DNA of 63,997 bases, the filler included, from Circinaria calcarea (lineage: Eukaryota), in NCBI GenBank assembly GCA_051942165.1. It is 3 parts of 3 records of this genome, joined end to end, with 100 filler letters (N's around TTAATTAATTAA, not from the genome) between each part and the next. Parts side by side here need not be neighbours in the genome. Positions count along the whole stretch, not along the records: positions 1 to 21,436 come from JAVECS010000142.1; positions 21,537 to 42,966 come from JAVECS010000143.1; 1 more part is not named here. One strand, given 5' to 3'. Below the pieces are notes generated by a model. It saw nothing but the letters and a program-made list of their open reading frames with translations. It ran no database searches and was not told the DNA's origin. Position 1 is the stretch's first letter. Each line of letters opens with the position of its first letter. The translations under genes and the position numbers were made by a program. This document shows, piece after piece, positions 11,478-24,900 of this stretch.

Positions 11478-13552
11478 TCACATCCCTTCGAAGTCTCCAC
11501 CAGCATCGTCGTCGTCCATCTCGCCTTCGACTATCTCCTTCGCCAACTCCCTTTCTCTCTCCCGTGCCTCCTGTGCATTCTTCAGTTCCAATCGATGCTG
11601 GTTCATTGGAAACCTCATGGCCTGGAGCAAGGGTTAGTGTTACTGGTCAAACTCATCAAAGGGGGTAACCTGCCTTAATGCTCTCATCATGCAAATCAAG
11701 GCACGCTCTGATTCGTTCATGAAAAGCCTCCCCAGGTTCTCGAGTTGCGTAAATGTCACCTACATCCTTACTCTTCATGTATCCATGCTCGTGATCCAAT
11801 GTAGCTTCAATGACTCCGTCTCTTATAGCTTTAGCCACTATGTACTCTGCGGTCTCTTCACTTGGAAGACCCAACTTCATGCAGATATCTCTCAACGATA
11901 TGCGCGCATATGATAGGGACATCATGCGAATACCGGTCTTAATAACGTTTTGTCGCAGGCGGAGTATCAGGGTGTAGGTCCCATCTCGTCGAAAAGAATC
12001 GTTGTTCGCATGAACAATTTTGAGAAAGCTATCCAAATCGCCGACTCGCACAGCTTGCACAAGCTGAAGATAGGGTTGCAATGCCCCTTCGAGGCTTGGC
12101 TGGCGGAAAGTAGCACGATCTGGAATATCTCCCATAAGGAGTTCAACGATTATCAAGAGCTTTGTAGATGCTTGATAGAAACCGCCTGCGCTAGGTGTGG
12201 ACGGTGACTTGCGAGTGGCACCGATGAGGTGATCGTGAGCTTCGGTATATGACAATTGTATCGCGCGTATCCGTCCGAGATAATAGAGATATCTTGCAAT
12301 TTGGTTATTGGACGCAGCCGGAGGGAATTGAGAGTGGGAAATTAGTAGGTCCGCCTGGGTGATGTGCGAGGTCGAAAGATAGTTGCGTAAAAGGAGGGTG
12401 GTGACTGTGGCTTGCGTATCCTGATCCTTCCGGAGCACAGAAGTCCGTAATGCAGCAAGTAAGCTTTGCCGGATGGACACTATGGGAGCCATGGGCGAAG
12501 GAGGTAGAGGCGCGAGCTGCTCGTAAAACAAAGAGTAATAGAAGTAGACACGTGCTGAGAGAGCATCGAGTGTGCGTCGATTGAGGGTTCGTAACCTTTC
12601 AACCAGATTGCTTGAGAAATTAGCGCCAAGTTCTATGGCTTTTGTGCCATATAGATAAATTTGCACAAGGATAGAAAGATAGGTGTCGACCTCAGGGAGT
12701 ATCTCCTTTGACGGAGAGGTCGACTTTCCCGAGTTTGACCGGCTTCGTGTTTGTCCATCAATCTCCATTTCCGACCCAGATTCGGGTTTTTCAAAGGATG
12801 CATCTTCTTTTCCAATAGCTGCTAGAAGAGTCTTTGCGACGGGACTCGAAGAAGGGTATAGCTCAGTGATAACTTGAGCGATGATATCAGGCGATAATTG
12901 TTTTCGAACTGACGAGATCGAACGGAGTACACGGAGAGTGAATCTGGCATCAAATTGAGCCACGGCTCTTTCGAGAAGTCCGAAATTTGCTTTAATATCT
13001 GTCATGAGAAAAAGTAAGCGTTGGCCAACGCGTTAAATAGAGACTCTCAACTCGGCTACGTGTTGGCGACTTACCGGCGATAGCTTTCGATTTTGGATCA
13101 GCAGCACCCGCCACCTTGTGATCTGGCCCTGTACCCTCCGTGTTTTCCATGGCTACGTCTCCCTCATTATCCTTGGGAGGGTCTCCTGCAAGTTTGGAAC
13201 TCTTGGAGGCCGGAACGACCACGGTCATCTCATCATTCTCGTCCTTGCTGGCGCTCGTCTTCGGATTATCAGTGACCTCATCAGCCATCTCGATATCCTC
13301 AGCACCGTTGACACCATTTTCGGCCGGCTCAGTCCCATTCGTCTTGGGCTGGTTACCACTCATGTCCTTTGCTGCTGTATTTGGCCCACCTTTCTTTGCA
13401 GGTATTCCCTTGCCCTTTGATGACGTTGTCCGCGCTGGCACCGGCTTATCTTTGCTGGAGGCGGAGTTCTGGGAGTCTGCACGTGCCTTCTCACCATTCG
13501 TAGACGACGTGGAGTCCTTGTTGGACCTTAGGCTCCTCCGTTCGCTAGGCAT
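11478..13552 (-). CDS. RPN3: 26S proteasome lid subunit Rpn3 (3 exons)
   Basis: PCI domain with RYLYYLGRIRAIQLSY, RLRQNVIKTGIRMMSLSYARISLRDIC and YIVAKAIRDGVIEA. Last exon AMRFPMNQHRLELKNAQEARERERELAKEI...GDFEGM*. Confidence 0.95.
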
Positions 13553-14057
13553 GGCTGTTGAGGAACAAGAGCGAAGCTCTCGATTCGCCGAGTGACGACT
13601 AAACGTAAAGATAAGAAAGCCAGAGAATGTAGTCTGCAAGAGCTTTCGGTTAGTTGAACAGAAACTTGCGCCCTGACCAAACAAGTAGAAGTGTTAATAA
13701 GGCTCTGGAAGTGATTTGCAGTTGATGAGTGAGTGAATGGAGATGGATGTCCATCTGATGAGAATGGAAGCGTTAGCGGAGGAGCCGCATTGCACTATTA
13801 GTACTGATCGGTGTCCGTACTCCGTACACTCTCTGAGCAACTACAACACAAATAGCAACTGCTAACGATACCTCAGCAATCTTGGTCAATATCAGAAGGG
13901 TATGTAATGTCAACGAAGGTCCTTGGTTGATGATGTTCAACAATTACCTACTCATTCCAAGTCGCATACGCTACGAGCATGGTCTCATGCACGACAGATT
14001 GGATCCGATCTTCTCTGTGTAATGCTATCTAAAGCGAAGATTGACTGATTCACGGTA

Positions 14058-14917
14058 ATGTTGCTTGAAAATCATCTTGAACAGATATCATTGTCAGCTG
14101 CCACCATTGCAGAGCTTCCGTTGGTTCACACCCAGTCTCCTAACAAACCACACAACGAATAACATCCATCCAGTTTCCCTCCGCCACAAATGTTTACAAA
14201 CGCATTAGTCCACCCTCATGATATTACAGTCTTGATTAGGGACACGGAAGCACATGAACGGGCTCTCTTTACCAATGCCCCTGCGGAGCCAAGCGCCATT
14301 GGGGCCAGCAAAACTAAAACGCGTAAAAGCGTTGCCTACGGCCTCAGTCCCAGTAAAGAACGACTGAAAGGGAGGATCAGCTCTCATGGTGGTTCAACTC
14401 GTACTGCTGCGGTCCGAATGTTGTTGGGTGGTGATGTGTTAGATCAGCTACGAAAAGGAGGAGCAAGTGGAGGTCGAGACCGAGGAGATGTGAATGTGGA
14501 TGTTTTACTGACAGGCGCGGAAAAGCTATGTAAAGTCTAGTATGTTTTTGATGCCACATTCAGACCAATCTGCTAATGAATTGTAGTCCCATTGAGGGTG
14601 CAGCCGAGAAGGTCTCCACCTTACGAACGCGCTACGAGCAGCTTTCTAGTTCCATCGCACGGTACGAGACGCGGGTCGCGAAACAAGCGTTACAGCTCGA
14701 TCAGATGAATCACCCGAAAGAGTACACTGAAGATCTAAATGCCGACGATAACGAAGATAAGGTTGTAGTAGAGCCAACAATACAACGGCATGTTCGCGCC
14801 AATGCAGAAGATATCAAACGAGAGGAGGAGGAATTGCGGGAGCTTGAAAAGAAGAAAAGAGGTCTCGAAGATCGAGTAAGCGGCATGGACCGGGACCTGG
14901 GAGGTTTGATGCGTTGA
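14058..14917 (+). CDS. SPC34: DASH/Dam1 kinetochore complex subunit Spc34 (3 exons)
   Basis: MLLENHLEQISLSAATIAELP|FPPPQMFTNALVHPHDITVLIRDTEAHERALF, DVLLTGAEKLCKVY|PIEGA, and a C-terminal coiled coil. Confidence 0.85.
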
Positions 14918-15376
14918 TCTAACAACTCTCGTTACATTCCTCAGCCGTTTAGATTCTCGGCGTAATCCTAACTGTTGGCATGTGGATAATGTGCAACAGT
15001 CTTTAGCTTTGTGAGAAGTATTTGTTCCATGCTCCTAGGCCCGCGTGTGCTATATACTGGCAGTGAGTGTTACACGTCATTATATAGGTAATCTTCCACG
15101 GGCAAACCCTTGAAGAGACAAAACATGGCACTTATCTCATGATGGAGAAGTGGTTTTGCATTATGGCGGCAAACGGGCAACATTTCGACGCTATCTTAAG
15201 GATTCCTATAGTCGGGTAATTTGTGTCAGGCGAACCCTAACCAAACCGTTAGCTCGAAAACCTTATTCGAGTATTACTCCGCTCATGCAGTACATTACTG
15301 ATTAAACACATTCAGCCCGACACAATCCAAATGGTATGCTCTCTTAATGGATTGATATAATGTTCATCAAGACATC

Positions 15377-17489
15377 ATGAATCCAACATATGATGTCTAT
15401 GAGACTGATGCCGCTGCGGATACTCTCAATGTTCAACCTCAATGCAAATTCGGTGGTCCTGCCGCAAGACTTGATGGACCAATGAACCTCGAAGATCAGG
15501 TTTATGGCCGCGGTTTACCCCCTCATAGATCAAGCCTGGAGAAGACCCTTACCCCGAGCTACGAGAGCTTGACGAGTGCCACGTCTACCTTTGACAGATT
15601 GCATACCAAGATAGAGAAGATTGCATGCTTAGGTTCTGGTTTCGTTGGAGGTTTGAGGTAATGCTCATCGTCTCAATGCATGACACTAATATCATTGAAG
15701 GTCCGACGTCTGCAGTCATGGCATTTAAAACTGACATCCTAGTTACTGTTGTTGATATAAATCCCAACCGTATAGCAGCCTGGAATTCCAACACACTACC
15801 AATCTATGAGCCTGGTCTACTAGACGTAATTCGCGTGGCTCGCGATGGAGTAGTCGCCTCCCAAAAGGACCTCCAGGTTCAGTCCGAGCAGAGGGATACG
15901 GACGACGACCCTCCTAGCGATCAGAAAGGGAATCTCCACCTGAAGCATCGCCGTCCGAATTTGTTCTTTTGCACAGATATTGAAAAGGCTATCCAAGATG
16001 CAGACCTCATTTTCATCTGCGTGAACACACCAACCAAGGTAGCCGGCATTGGAAAAGGCACTGTCGCGGACCTAGGATTTGTTGAGGCTGCCACGCGACA
16101 GATTGCAAAGTTTGCAACAGGGGATAAGATTGTGGTTGAGAAGTCTACTGTGCCTTGTAGAACAGCACAGTCAATCCGAGAAATCGTTGGTTTTGCGACA
16201 TTTGCCAAAACCGAAGACAGTGAGTGCTTACCAAAAACCTAGTTATCGGCCAACGCCCGTCCAGATGTCCAGTTTGATGTATTATCGAACCCTGAATTTC
16301 TTGCGGAAGGCACCGCGGTTAGGGACCTTCTTTATCCTGATCGAATAATTATTGGATCCATGCCAACCACTGCAGGCTATCGAGCAGCCGTATCACTGGC
16401 AGAGGTTTATGCCCAATGGGTACCCCGTGAGCGGATAATAACTATGAATCTGTGGTCCTCCGAATTATCGAAGCTTGCTGCCAATGCGCTACTAGCACAA
16501 CGGATTAGCAGTGTGAACGCGTTAAGTGCCATATGTGAAGCTACAGGCGCTGATGTCAATGAGGTCAGCTATGCGTGTGGCCTTGACTCGAGAATTGGCC
16601 ATGGGATGTTGAAAGCAGGTCCGGGCTTTGGTGGCAGGTGAGGGCCTTCGCTGCGGTACTTTAATTTTGGCTGACATCCAGATGTAGTTGTTTCCAGAAA
16701 GACATCTTCAATATCGTGTATCTGTCGGAATCTTTACAGTTGAATGAGGTCGCAGACTATTGGCGAGCCATCATCAACATGAACGAATATCAGAAAAATC
16801 GGTTTACCCAGCGCATTATATCATGCATGTCCAACAGCCTGAACGGAAAGAAGATAGCTGTACTTGGCTTTGCATTCAAAAAGAATACAAATGATACCCG
16901 AGAATCGCCAGCTATTAGGCTTGTCAGCAACCTCGTAGCGGAAGGGGCACAAATTACCATCTATGACCCAAAGGTTAGGGAAGAGCAAGTTTGGGGTGAC
17001 CTTGTCAACGATGGCGGAAATTTGGCCAATCTGAAACGTCAGGTGGAGGTTTATCACTCTGCCTATACAGCTTGCTTAGCAGCCGACGCTGTGGTGGTGG
17101 TCACCGAGTGGGACGAGTTCAGCAACAAAACACATCACAGGATGCCTGTAGTTGAAGACGTGTCGAACGCCTTGGTGAGTACAAGGTGCGGGCAACTGTT
17201 TCAACCCGATTCGCGAATGCTGTCCACCAATAATGCAGGAACCAAGAAAGATTACAGCGGAGCTATCAATTCAAGTCTAGCTGGAATAACTGGCCCTAGA
17301 AACGTTGTCGACGAAGAATGTATTCCTCGTCTAGACTGGGCCCGCATTGCTGAAGGGATGAGGAGGCCGATGTTCGTTTTTGATGGGCGCAATATCCTCG
17401 ACGCTCCGAAGCTCGAGACTCTAGGATTCCGAGTGGAAGCAGTTGGCAAACCAAGCAGGGCCAATCCTGTTGCGGAGAATCATAAATAG
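15377..17489 (+). CDS. UGD1: UDP-glucose 6-dehydrogenase (4 exons)
   Basis: [16 protein letters not shown] Rossmann motif, [47 protein letters not shown] catalytic Cys, [20 protein letters not shown]. Confidence 0.95.
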
Positions 17490-18109
17490 TAAATCTATAT
17501 CTACACGGAATCGCAAACGGTTCGAGTGTGGAGGAAGGCTAGATAGCGCTGGGTGCATGCTCTATCGCAAGCTCTGATAGATGTCCGACTTTGGCACTGA
17601 CCGCCAATTTCATTTCTATGTGTATAGCGTTGAACTTCTCCGCATAAGACACGCGAGTATATGGGATCGTGAAGTAATTAACCGTCTCGTGGAACCCCAC
17701 GCGTTTGTGCCATGAGATGGTTACATATGTAAATGCCAGTGCCCGAGTAAAGGCCCTCTATGCCTAAGGAGAATATAGGTAAAGGATAATAGCTTCGTGT
17801 TCCTTCAATTATAGAGACCGTTATGGGATACTGAATGCCTTGATTGCCTAGTCCTCTTCTCCATTATGTGTTATTACTTCTTTCCAGTAAGACGGCAAAG
17901 TGTTAATAAAGGCAGACATCCCAGGCCCGATCCCCCCGGATCTTCCAGTGTCCAATCGGCGGATCTCCCTGCCGGCCTCGGCTTAACTACCCTTAATAAC
18001 GACCCGGCCGGTTCAGGTTCCGCCATGTGCCTCTCTATCTCATTGTTAGCACATCTCCAACACACATTACCTATTGTGTTGATTGAGTAGCTCAGCCTTT
18101 TCGCTAACC

Positions 18110-19959
18110 ATGAATAACGCCATGAATCCTCAAGCTCAAGCTCAACCTCCCAACTTCCCGGCGTTGGAGAGCTTGCTGAAGCCGCAACAAATCCAGAATA
18201 TTTCGGCCATTCCGGCTGATCAGAAAGGGAGATATTACGAAGGCGTCAAAGCATTATGGGAGAAGGTGCAGGGACATACACCCGATCAACCTGAATATCA
18301 AATCGCATACAAAAAGTTGGTGGATACCTCAAGTCAGGTAAAGGCCCTGATTACCAGGCAAAAGCAACAGAGCAGCCACCAGGCGCTCCCCCACAACTGT
18401 ATGTCCTCTGAGTGCTTGGCCTTTGGGGTCCAGGATGCGAGGTCAAGATTCCATATGTGCTGACCGTCCTGCAGCCGGTGCGCAGTTCAACCAGCAAATC
18501 ATGTTAGAAGTCCGGAACTTGAAGCTCGTCACTCCTCCACAGTTTTGGTCACGTCCGCCAGAAGAAGGGCAGGCCTGGGCTCGGGAAACCAAAATGAAAT
18601 ATGCACAAGCTCTGCAGAGGATTGAACAGGCTGAAGCAATGACGCACGAACTGACCAAAAGTATCCAGCAGCGCCAACAACAAGGAAAGCAGTTCAGTCC
18701 AGAAGAAATACATGCTGCAAACAGTCGGAAGATGCAGTATACGCAAGCGATCAAAAGTGCAAAGGATTATATCTCGGTTCTGCAGAGGCAGCAATCAGAT
18801 TTAAGGAACCAACAGGCCCAGATACTCAATGACGGAGCAGGCCAGAGAACACAGGCCCCTAACGGATCTGGGGATGCAATGGGCAATAATGTATCGCAAT
18901 CCCAGGAAGAATCTGGAGGTCATTCGAACCCTCAGCATCTACCGGGTGAACAGCAAACCTCAGCCGCCACTTCTAATCCAGTTCCTGACACATCCAAGCC
19001 CCAGGTGAATCAGCAGGGACGTCCACCTCTGAATCCAGCAGGAGCTGCTTTACCTGGTCAGGCACCAAACATTCAAACGCATACTTCACAAGCATCGATG
19101 CCTTCGGCGAGCGTTGCTGGTACCCAAGGTGCATCCTCTTCAACGACCATCGGTACCGCAACCCCGAATTCACATCAAGATCATTCACAACAAAATCCAC
19201 ATAATTCTTCAGCTACTTCACAAGTTCCTCATCCTCTGTCTCACAAAGCTGCCGTTGCTCAAGCTGCTCGCTCTTACTCGCAACCGACTATACCACAGTC
19301 AGCCTCACAACCGTCTTCACACGCTCATCCACAAATGGGCAGTCGTGAGCCACCGAGCAACAACCCGAAGTGGCAAATTCCAAAGAATCTCAACGTAGCT
19401 CCTCTCCAACCCGTACAGATGGGTCATGCTAGACCAACCCTTTCGGGTGGACCTAGCACTGGTGCCCCTGGCCCAATGGGTCAACCCGGCTTACAAAAGC
19501 ACCCTGGTTATGTGCTCGAAGGTGAAGGTGAGAGAGTTCTCAGCAAGAAGAAACTGGAAGAACTAGTGAGACAAGTTACGGGTGGAACTGATGGTGAGGG
19601 AGGGGAAACTTTGGATCCGGACGTAGAAGAGGTTAGACCGTTCACTTTCTCTATATTGTCACATACTATGCTCTAGTACTGGTACTAAATGGTCATCTCA
19701 GACGCTTCTAGACGTTGCTGACGAATTCGTTGACAACGTCTGCATTCAAGCCTGCCAACTAGCGAGACTTCGTCAAAACGCCAGTCTAGACATTCGTGAT
19801 ATTCAAATCATCCTCGAACGCAATTACAACATTCGAATTCCGGGTTATGCCTTGGATGAGCTGAGAACTGTCAAGAAAACCCAGCCGACTCAAGCTTGGA
19901 CCCAAAAGATGAGCGCTGTTCAAGCAGCTAAAGTGACAGGTGGTAAGGCGGACCCATAG
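18110..19959 (+). CDS. TAF12: TFIID/SAGA subunit Taf12 (3 exons)
   Basis: Q-rich N-terminus. Histone fold [15 protein letters not shown]...[56 protein letters not shown]. Confidence 0.9.
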
Positions 19960-20806
19960 GGTAGAGGCACTGGACAAGCGTTAAGAGAGGCGCTTGTTTC
20001 TAGACGTTTCTGAATGAAGGGTTCTCGAGTGTATGGATTTGAGCAGTCGTTTGAAGCTAATCTACCATATGACGATCTTCCTTTCGTACTCAATCATGGT
20101 CCTAGCTTCTCACCTCGGTTCCCGGCTTCTACTCACACCCTAATACCAGCATCTCTTTATCTGGAATGTTTGTGAATCAGTGCCATGATCAGACTCAGCT
20201 GAATCAGCATCCTCGGTACGCATTTCTTCTTTGGTACCCCCGACGAAATACTTTGCGCTGAACATGGATTAATTGACACATCAAAACAGGGGAGAGAAGC
20301 TATCGGTGGATCATTGGAGGCATCATACCACTGGCATTTTTGCATTTTAGCAAGGTATTCGGGCATTTCGGGGGGATAATGACGATAATAAGGCCAAATT
20401 GTGGGGAACGAGAAATGGGAACATTGAGGCTCGAGATTTGATAATACAAAAAAAATCCATCGAAACAACCATTTCGTTTTTCAAGTTGCGTGACTCCATA
20501 TGTTTACGTGTATACTTCACTCCCTACCCTAGATACGAATCTAATCTAATCTAATCTCACCTCACTCCCGGTGAGGGAGGACATTGATAAATCACGGCCA
20601 GAGAAATCAGGGCTCGAAAAAATCCATCTTTATCCGTAGTGAAATATCGCCCCCGTCACATGAGGTGGCCATGCCATGCCATCAAACCTCGAGATTTTTT
20701 TTGCAACCCTTTTCAATTATCAACTATGCCTCCGTACAGAGTTTTCTTTCGGGATCCAAACCCCCCTGCGGAGTCCGGACGGAAATCCAAAGTCTGGTTG
20801 TAACTT

Positions 20807-20897
20807 GTAGTCGAAAGTCTCAGTCCCCCACCTGTATGTAGTTCGAAGTCCCAGTCCCCACTTGTATGTAGTTCGAAGTCCCAGTTCCCACTTGTAG
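20807..20897. repeat. Minisatellite, 3 copies of a ~30-bp unit
   Basis: Unit GTAGTTCGAAGTCCCAGTCCCCACTTGTAT repeated head-to-tail without spacers. Confidence 0.85.
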
Positions 20898-20925
20898 TAG
20901 TACAGTAGTTCAGTAGTCAGCGGGG

Positions 20926-20928
<3 letters not shown>

Positions 20929-20956
<28 letters not shown>

Positions 20957-21322
20957 ACCAAGACCAAGACCAAGACCAAGACCAAGTCCCACCACCACGA
21001 GCCCAGACAGACAGACGGACAGAACGAACAGACAGACGGGCGGCCGGGCGGCCCGTTGTAACGGTAGTGATTATGAATCGTAAGTAGTTCGTAGGTAGGT
21101 AGGAGGAGCCGGTTTTGGGTAAATCGGAAATCGGAAACCCGAACCTATGATAAAACGCACCTTTCTTCGTGAATGACCAACGGAAAAATCCCAAACTCCA
21201 ACCCACCCCTTCTTTCCTTCACTTCACTTCACAGGTATAGTATAGTATAGTATGGCAGTCCAATCCTATCCTATCAAATCACAAATTACTAACGACACCG
21301 GTCACCGGTCACCGGTCACCGG
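20929..21322. repeat. Compound microsatellite field: (CCAG)n, (ACCAAG)n, (GACA)n, (TATAG)n, (CACCGGT)n
   Basis: Directly visible, and lies just before the contig end. Confidence 0.85.
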
Positions 21323-21436
21323 CTTAGGGGGGGCGGACTTCAAGAGATAACATATTATTGGTTGAAAACCCTTAATTTGATCTTGGGGGGAAATGGGGTA
21401 AAGAAGGGTTTTAACCCCCACCCTCCCAACCTGTCT

Positions 21437-21536
21437 NNNNNNNNNNNNNNNNNNNNNNNNNNNNNNNNNNNNNNNNNNNNTTAATTAATTAANNNNNNNN
21501 NNNNNNNNNNNNNNNNNNNNNNNNNNNNNNNNNNNN
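21437..21536. other. Artificial contig-join spacer
   Basis: 44 N + TTAATTAATTAA (stops in all six frames) + 44 N. Confidence 0.97.
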
Positions 21537-21962
21537 GGGCAAGAGGCTTGGTGGGAAAGATTATTAGGTACTAGTTAAAATGGGGGTAGCAGGGGTAGGA
21601 GGAGATGGGAGAACGGTGAAAGACGTTCAGCAACGGTCCTATTGACCACACTCAAAGCCCAGTAGAATGGGCAGAGTCCATCAATAGGTTTGATAACAAC
21701 GGGCGTCAATGATCGCCAAACTACCATCATATATCTAAGCATCTAAGCAAATTTCCGAACCGAGTGTTGACAAACTGCAACGAGGTATATTAGGACAGCC
21801 ATGCACATCCAGTAATTTCCATAATCTGTTGTACACAGCAAATGCCCCGTTCGGGGCTGTAAGCGGGTATCTCCCCCTCCAAACGCCACGCTCAAGGGCA
21901 AACTCTAATTAGCAATCTCGCAAACAAAAAGGCATATGCCTCGAAGATGCAGTAGTTTGTAT

Positions 21963-24900
21963 TCAATCACTTCAAACTCGTCAGCTACTCTATTCGATAT
22001 TCTAGACGTGGAGCACAAAACTTACTAAATCTCCAAGGGTGCCAATTGGTCAACGGTGTACAGCCAATTACCTCCGGCCTCTTCTCTTGATAGCCTAGAA
22101 ACAATACCTTGTCAGCGCCATGAACAATATAAATAATAATTATCTTAAGAATCCACTGTAGGGCTTACCAGTCATACGGCCATAGCACGAGATGCCCCTG
22201 GACCATATTCAATAGCTCCTCTGCCTCGGCAAAGTCGATCAGATCATCGCTCGCATGAAACTCTTTCTTCGAACTCCGTGTCGTGGCTCGCCTTCGACGC
22301 TTTTGGTTGGTAGAATTTGGATTTGTCGAATTAGTCTTGACCGTATCAGAGTACCCCACCGAGGGCACCGAGGGCGGGGACTGATTCTTGGAAATCTTTT
22401 CGAGGTTCTGCGGATCCTTTGGTGCCTCTACCGGGCTTCGGACTGCACTCTTCTCGTCCAGAACAGCTCCATCCCCAGATTGCATCTCGTTGGCTTCCTT
22501 CTCCTGCCGTTCGGCTTGACTCCTGTTGGCCTCTGCAGCCCAATTTGCGACTTCGCCGAAGGTTTCGCTGGAATTCTCGTTCTTCCTGGATATACTATGT
22601 GTAATTTTATCCAGAATGTTTCCTGTGGCTTCCTCGACCTCCCCAGCCTTCTCGCCAATCGGTCCAAGCATGCGAAGCTTTTCAGAAGTGGGAATCTGCC
22701 CCGGAGGGCCTGAAATGCCCGGAGTCTCGTGCTGGACGCGGTCTTTGCTTTTCCCTCCACCTTGAGCTTGTGCGAAGCGCTCGGCATACGCTGTCCATTC
22801 AGTATACTGCGCCCACGATCTGACTTCGCTATCTGGCATACAGCGGAAGACAACACGGAATAGCTTAGTGTTGTTTTCGGCGACGGCATGCCATGTATCG
22901 AGATAGAAGGAATCATTGAGAGGATCTCGCATGCAGTCCTTGTCCACCATTGGGCGTCTCGTTTCTGTAATGGTAGGGCTAATGACCCTGGATGTTCTTT
23001 GGGAATAGACTCGCTGTATTGGAGGACCACCGATATCGGTATCGTCGGTTTTGGGAAGTGCAGGAAGTTGAGAGACCATGGGTAGTCCGAGCTGTGTCGA
23101 GGTCAGGCGGGGCAATTTCGGCAGAGGCGGCGGTGCAAAATTGCCAGAATCAGCTTGCGTGCGACTGTGGGAGCTATGGGGCGAATCATTAATATTCGGG
23201 GATGGGGATTTTGCCCGTCCCTCAGGCGCCACTGATGAAACAAGAACCTCTCTCCTACCGCGCGATATCTTCGTATCTCGACCCCGAGCTAATCCAGCAG
23301 CTTCGAATTCTTTCATGTGATCAGGGCCATCTCCCTCTACATCCTTCTCGTGTTTGGGGTTGTGAGTAACTCGAGGGTCTTCTGTGAGCTTCTTGTTTGT
23401 TTTAAGATTGGGATTGTCAGCTTGTTCCCAGTCCGCATCATGGTTGAAACTGGTTATTATCTCTGACTTTGCAAGTAACTCGGCCTGAATTTGATGTTTG
23501 AGTACAGTTGAACTTATATCGTGTTCGCCGTTACCCTCTACCTTTGACGGCGCAGCGCTACCATTATGAAATCTTTCCATGTCTCGTTCCCATTGCTCTT
23601 CTTCTTCATCAGCCACTTCTTGTCGCTCATCATCCATGAGTTCGTCGACATCAATTCCCAGATGCTCTCGCATGAGACGCATACGTAAAGTGTGAGGAAA
23701 GCGTCCAACCAGATAAGGCTCTCCATTCATAGTCGACCATAGCATATCGGTATCTCTTACTACAGCTGCACATTCGGAATCTCGATCTCCCCGCATGGAG
23801 CGCTCGTTGATATTGGCTGATCCTATGATGGCGATTCTATCATCGACGATCATGCACTTAGCATGAATGTAGAGCTGTTCGGTCACAAGTTGCTTTGCCG
23901 GTCCAATCTTACCCCATGATCTCAGGCTGTAAAACTGGATATAATCTTCGGGCTCTATATTTTGAGCACGTAGTCGCCCAAAGATCGAACCTTCTCCTCG
24001 ATTTATACTCCGGAACTGGCATTGCATGATTAACCGTATACTTGTTCCGTCCTGATTATCGACGGTATTCTGAAAACCAGGCATCAGAGGGATCATAACA
24101 ACAGCTCGCCAGTCTTCGCCCTTGTGAAAAGCTCGTACGATACGTTCCACGAGTGCATCGCCAATTCCATTCTCTATTCTTGTACCCTCGACCTCGCAGC
24201 TGGCGATAAAAAACTGATTCTCAATGTACACAAAATGATCTGATTGCTCGATCATCTTGACGTATGCATTCATAATGCTATGCTCCACGAGGTTGGGTGT
24301 CCCCATGGACCAATTGGCACACGAGCGTAGGATTTGCACCTCACAAGTCCCATCAAGCCCGAGAGATTCAAGATCCGCCGGGTTGAAGTCCGGAGGAGGC
24401 AGTAGAAACGGCGTTGGCCGGGTAGGCTTTCGTTGGCGAAGCACGTAATTCCATCTTTGCACAAAGTGCCTTGTAAGATCTCTTGCTGGCTGACCCACTA
24501 TCTGCATTGAGATGTCATGCCAAGGCATTCGAGGTACCTTGGAACGATCGTACATTTCTTCATAAGGTTTGTCTAATGCATAGAAATCCTGCACTCTTGG
24601 GTTGGAGTAGTCTTTCCCAGGCCAAAGCTGGCAATGATCCGCATCTTTTGGCATGTCAGACAACTCAAAGCCTGTAAGTTTGTCGTCTACAACAGTATGC
24701 TGTGGGGTATCCCATCTTCCAAAACAAAGGTCAATACCACCGACGAAGGCAACCATGTGATCGACAATACAAACCTTTTCATGATGAGCCCAAAAGAAAG
24801 TGCCTTGTCTGATTTGGTTCGGTGAGCGTTGAACAAAGACATTAGGGTGCAAGTCGAGAAGAGAGAATTTTGTATACTCCGAGTCTATTGGAATAGCTGA

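Noticed and set aside
15233..15242. AACCCTAACC telomere-like motif upstream of UGD1
   Set aside because: A single short occurrence that could arise by chance.
20807..20897. 30-bp repeats resembling a CRISPR array
   Set aside because: Units are contiguous with no unique spacers, no cas genes, and the context is eukaryotic.
21481..21492. TTAATTAATTAA palindrome as a biological site
   Set aside because: Embedded in symmetric N runs and repeated at 43011, so it is an assembly linker.
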